Below, piece by piece: positions 60,252-64,000 of a stretch of DNA of 64,000 nucleotides. Location of the stretch: positions 768,001 through 832,000 of the forward strand of contig OY771555.1 of NCBI GenBank assembly GCA_963674785.1, in the 5' to 3' direction. The stretch is from Caldisericia bacterium. Lineage in GTDB: Bacteria > Caldisericota > Caldisericia > JAAYUI01. The notes beneath the pieces were generated by a model. That model was given only the letters and a program-made list of their open reading frames with translations. It was not told the DNA's origin and did no database searches. Positions within the stretch are counted from its first letter, which is position 1, and each line of letters opens with the position of its first letter. Position numbers and translations under genes: made by a program.

Positions 60252-60344
60252 ATTACTTTTGGTTAATACGTTTGAATTCGACAAGACAATTTGTTTGATG
60301 TAAAATAAACCCCGCTATTAAGAAATCATTGGTTGGAGTGAAAA

Positions 60345-61610
60345 ATGAGAAAAAACAAAATCTTCTTGAAAACCATAGTAATACTTTTCGCTATTACCAT
60401 GTTTGCATCCTGTGTACATACAGAATCTCTAAAAGTTGTGAAGGTATCTGATTCAAAAATTGATGGAGATTTTGTCGGATATTTTTCAGGAAATCTCGGG
60501 AAAGACGTTAGATTTCCTGTGTTTGCTGATAAAAACATCCTCAGAATTCAAAGTGACATTGACCCAACCCAAACAAAGAAAGAAATTGAATTTGATGGAA
60601 AGATTCTGAGCTTCTGTAACCAAATATTCCTGGATTATTATGATGAGAATTCAAAAGATGCGTTTTGTGTAGTAATAGAACATGAAAATGGAAATGAAAT
60701 CATTGGATACAAATTACCAACTTCAGATTCTGATCATATTTCAGATGAAATATTTGGACATGAAAAAGCTGAAAAAGTAAGAGAGCTTGAGGAATACAAC
60801 AACATCGAAATCTCATTTAGAATTAAAAATACAAGAATCGCAAATATCATCTATATTGATTCTGAAAACAGAGAGATTGTTGGCTCTGACCAAAATAGTA
60901 AAAGCTTGATAACAAGAAAAATAGACTTCACCGAAATAGCTGACAGTATCAGTTTTAGGAGTGTATTTTTTGACCCATTAGGTGTAACAAAGGATTACAT
61001 TATTGGTCTTGAAGAAGAAACATACTATATAATCGACAAAATTAAGAAAACCATTATTGATAAGGTTTCTGTCGAGAAATTGAATGAAGCGAACAATATT
61101 TCAAAATTTCATGGGAAAATAGAACCTTATTTTCTCAACCATAAAGTTTTTGAAAATGTCCTTTTTCAAATTGGTGACTCCATGTTCCTGTTCCTTGATG
61201 ATTATGGTTATGGACAATCCGATCTTTCCAAAAAAACCTACAAAAATAGATTAAATAACTCATCTCAAACTCCAGTTATTTCAACATCAAAAGGCATTTT
61301 TCTAACATCCAATGATCTTAAAGAAAGCAAAAAATTAGCTGCAGGCTCGAACTATAACCATATTTCTTCATACTCCAATCTTCCTCTTTCAGAAACCACT
61401 ACCGATGTTTTCGAATCATATGATGACAAAAAAGACAAAACACAAATACTATTGATAATTAATCAAAATGACCACATTTTGAAAAAAACTACAATTAAAA
61501 AATCAAAGCTTATTGAGGGAAATATTCAAGATTCATTTTTTGTGGCTAGTTATCTCCCATACAAACTATATTTGGAAACAAGTGAAGGTTTGTACTATAT
61601 TGATTTGTGA
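60345..61610 (+). CDS. Hypothetical AT-rich lipoprotein, repeat-flanked cargo
   Basis: SD ggag; lipobox FASC; 421-aa ORF. Confidence 0.75.
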   Translation: MRKNKIFLKTIVILFAITMFASCVHTESLKVVKVSDSKIDGDFVGYFSGNLGKDVRFPVFADKNILRIQSDIDPTQTKKEIEFDGKILSFCNQIFLDYYDENSKDAFCVVIEHENGNEIIGYKLPTSDSDHISDEIFGHEKAEKVRELEEYNNIEISFRIKNTRIANIIYIDSENREIVGSDQNSKSLITRKIDFTEIADSISFRSVFFDPLGVTKDYIIGLEEETYYIIDKIKKTIIDKVSVEKLNEANNISKFHGKIEPYFLNHKVFENVLFQIGDSMFLFLDDYGYGQSDLSKKTYKNRLNNSSQTPVISTSKGIFLTSNDLKESKKLAAGSNYNHISSYSNLPLSETTTDVFESYDDKKDKTQILLIINQNDHILKKTTIKKSKLIEGNIQDSFFVASYLPYKLYLETSEGLYYIDL

Positions 61611-61663
61611 GACTCTAGGGATTGAACCTTTATCTCATGCTTCCTTCGGTGCGAGCCACTTCC

Positions 61664-62072
61664 GATCCCGCATCAAGTGGGGGATGATGGATCGGGCATC
61701 TAAATCTCGTCATTCCGGGCTTGACCCGGAATCCCATCCCCCCTCGTCATTCCCGACTTGATCGGGAATCCAGGATTGCTTTTGATTCATGAAATATTTT
61801 GTGGGGAATTTGTTGATGATGGTCAAACAATTTCACCATACAAATTGGTTACACTTTCTTATGCCCTGGTTTCCAGCGTTCGCTGGAAAGACGTGGGAAG
61901 GTACTGAAAAGACGTAAAGAAGAGATGGAAATACTTTAACCCTCCCTGGCGACTTCGTCACCATCCCTCCCTGAAAGGGAGGGCTTTTAAACCCATCATT
62001 CTTGGCTACTCTCCCACTTCATGCCAAGCGGTTACTGAGCCCATCGAAGCGTGATGCGAAACGGGAATGACA
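61664..62072. repeat. Composite repeat cluster: CGTC copies (61664-, 61708+), 149-bp element (copy 3, 61745-61893), 60-bp double-hairpin element (61935-61994), and a degenerate copy with loop insert (62017)
   Basis: Read directly from the sequence; inverted homolog of 38986-39370. Confidence 0.85.
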
Positions 62073-62191
62073 GTGGTGTTTTGAAATTTTACCCCCTTTG
62101 TGTTAAACTCGTTAAAGTCGATTGTGAACCGTGAAGAAAAATTATAAGTATTGTTTTTGAAGTTCGCATTCACCTTCGACTACGAGACATC

Positions 62192-62773
62192 ATGGACAGA
62201 GCCACAGAAAAGAAAGTAATTATTCGAGCAAAGAAGGGGGATGCTGAAGCCTTCGAGCAGCTTTACAGTGCATTCAGGCTAGAGCTTTACCGCTCAGCAC
62301 TCTTGATCATGAGGCATCCGGCGGATGCCGAGGATGCGGTAGCAGAGGCGTTTATAAAGACCTTCAGGTCAATTGACCGCTTCGATACTAAGTATCCAAT
62401 GAGACCTTGGATTCACAGAATCCTTCGGAACGAGTGCAACAACATCTTCAAGAAAAGAAGAGCAGGAACGGTAAAACTTGACGATTTTGCAACCGATTGG
62501 AAGGACATCATGTCCGACAAGGATGCAAAGGAATCATCCCAGATCGTAATCGAATCTGATGAGGACAAGAGGATGGTTGAACTCATCGACACTCTCTCTG
62601 ACACTCACCGAGAGGTTCTCATTCTTCACTACTTCGATAATCTCGATCTCACACAGATTTCTGAAGTCCTTGGTATTCCAGTTGGCACCGTAAAATCACG
62701 CCTGTTTCACGCGAGAAAACAACTTTCAAGAGCCATTGAAGGGGATGAACAGATTACAAAGAGTACGGAATAG
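62192..62773 (+). CDS. ECF sigma-70 factor
   Basis: AKKGDAEAFEQLY, DAEDAVAEAF, WIHRILRN and GIPVGTVKSRLFHAR; upstream TTGAAA-N17-TAAACT. Confidence 0.93.
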   Translation: MDRATEKKVIIRAKKGDAEAFEQLYSAFRLELYRSALLIMRHPADAEDAVAEAFIKTFRSIDRFDTKYPMRPWIHRILRNECNNIFKKRRAGTVKLDDFATDWKDIMSDKDAKESSQIVIESDEDKRMVELIDTLSDTHREVLILHYFDNLDLTQISEVLGIPVGTVKSRLFHARKQLSRAIEGDEQITKSTE

Positions 62774-62776
62774 AAA

Positions 62777-64000
62777 ATGAAACACTTAACAGACGAGAAA
62801 ATTTTAGAGCTAGCCAGCAAAAAGAAACTCAGCTTCACAGATAGACTGAGATATGGTCTGCATCTTGCCACATGCAAAATTTGCCGAAAAAAACTATCAC
62901 AGGAGAGAAATTTTGCAAAGGACGCGGGTCTTAAACTAAGGAAAATCACATCACATGCACATCCATCAAAGAACATGGATAACCGCGTGTATGCAGCAAT
63001 CAGTCAGATTGCAACTCAGGCTGTAGTCAAGGCTCCCATCATGGCAAGATGGGTGACCTCATTAATTCTCGTTGTTGTTATGATAAGTTCGTCATATGGT
63101 ATTTTCTTTTATGCACCACTTGTAGGTGCTGCACATGAAACCCCCGCAGAGGCATATGTTTCATCAAGACTCATGCCAGTAATGGCAAGCACAGACGAGG
63201 TCATTCCTGAACCAGGACATTACCTTAAGAGCGAAGCTTTCCTGAATGTCTGGTGCGACAGACTCATGGTCTGTGCATCAGAATATACCCGCATGGTTTA
63301 TCTTGAGGGAAACAATATCAGTGATGTTTTCAAGGCAAGCATCCTTGGTCACGAGGCAGGAGTCTCAACAGAATCCGTTCTTTCTCTTCTCAGGTCTGGA
63401 AAAACCTGGGGACAGATTCTCTCAGAACTCGACATATCATTTACAAGCCAACTTTCGATTCACAAAAAGATTGCCGATGAGATTGCAGCTACCACGAAGG
63501 AGATTGGTGAGAAGGCAACACTTGAAGTCACAGCCTACAAACATGAAGATGGACATATCTCATCACCTGTCCCAATCCCAGAGGAAGTTGCAGAAAAACT
63601 TCAAGTTGGAGAATCAAAGGTTGAAGTAACAGATGATGGATTCACAACCGGAAAGATTGAACCAAATCCAACTCCATCACTCTATACCGGTGTTGTAACA
63701 AAGATTGCTGCCGGTAACTCAGCATTCACTCTCAAGACCGCCGATGATGCCTTTACTGTGAGAATCACATACAAAACTGAAATGCTCAGATATAATGACT
63801 ATTTTGTTCCAAGTCAGCTTATGGTTGGACACATCTGCACTATTGATGGGGAATGGGTCGATGGTGAACTCATTGCGAAATTCCTCGATGCAAAAGAACC
63901 CATAAGAGAGACTGAAGCCTTTGGAACAGTTCTTGATTTTGATGAAGAAACAATTACCGTTGCTGGGTTTGGTTCAGCACTTTATGTTGGAAATGATTCA
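62777..64000 (+). CDS. Zinc-finger (ZAS) anti-sigma factor with a TM helix and a large extracytoplasmic DUF5666-like region; 3'-truncated
   Basis: Not in the ORF track. My translation from ATG 62777 gives MKHLTDE..HLATCKIC (HxxxCxxC) and TM WVTSLILVVVMISSSYGIFFY, open to the window end. Confidence 0.85.
   Translation, partial: MKHLTDEKILELASKKKLSFTDRLRYGLHLATCKICRKKLSQERNFAKDAGLKLRKITSHAHPSKNMDNRVYAAISQIATQAVVKAPIMARWVTSLILVVVMISSSYGIFFYAPLVGAAHETPAEAYVSSRLMPVMASTDEVIPEPGHYLKSEAFLNVWCDRLMVCASEYTRMVYLEGNNISDVFKASILGHEAGVSTESVLSLLRSGKTWGQILSELDISFTSQLSIHKKIADEIAATTKEIGEKATLEVTAYKHEDGHISSPVPIPEEVAEKLQVGESKVEVTDDGFTTGKIEPNPTPSLYTGVVTKIAAGNSAFTLKTADDAFTVRITYKTEMLRYNDYFVPSQLMVGHICTIDGEWVDGELIAKFLDAKEPIRETEAFGTVLDFDEETITVAGFGSALYVGNDS

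Noticed and set aside
63246-63629. 127-aa ORF
   Set aside because: It is an out-of-frame shadow within the anti-sigma gene that starts at 62777.

Overview
A bacterial chromosomal segment of roughly 40% GC (estimated by eye). The many secreted proteins ending in copper-amine-oxidase N-terminal ('stalk') domains suggest a Caldisericota-like organism, which is an inference only. The first 19 kb is a surface-protein cluster: two giant paralogous S-layer/sheath-like proteins (>1450 aa, truncated by the window start, and 3035 aa) followed by three stalk-domain proteins. The rest mixes housekeeping genes (iscS/iscU, dxs, copA, smc, split Fe-S fumarase, ECF sigma/anti-sigma) with orphan lipoprotein and beta-propeller genes. 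The most striking feature is a family of CGTC-tagged palindromes (CGTC + 8-bp stem/4-6-nt loop + CCAGG) at about 11 intergenic sites. An inverted pair encloses a 96-aa SsnA-like GIY-YIG nuclease gene. Identically arranged pairs enclose unrelated cargo genes, including an AbiJ-like defence candidate, and form three ~150-bp MITE/REPIN-like elements. Half-copies trail outward at 20-23-bp steps, and a second ~22-bp element sits in the loop of the repeat at the same position five times. Other observations are a Cys-rich MerR regulator coupled to iscS-iscU, several apparently leaderless genes, a duplicated copA 3' end, a switch-like leader on the 3035-aa gene, an SMC with a shortened hinge, and several pseudogenes. 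No tRNA, rRNA or CRISPR array was recognised. All family calls come from motif recognition, not database searches.
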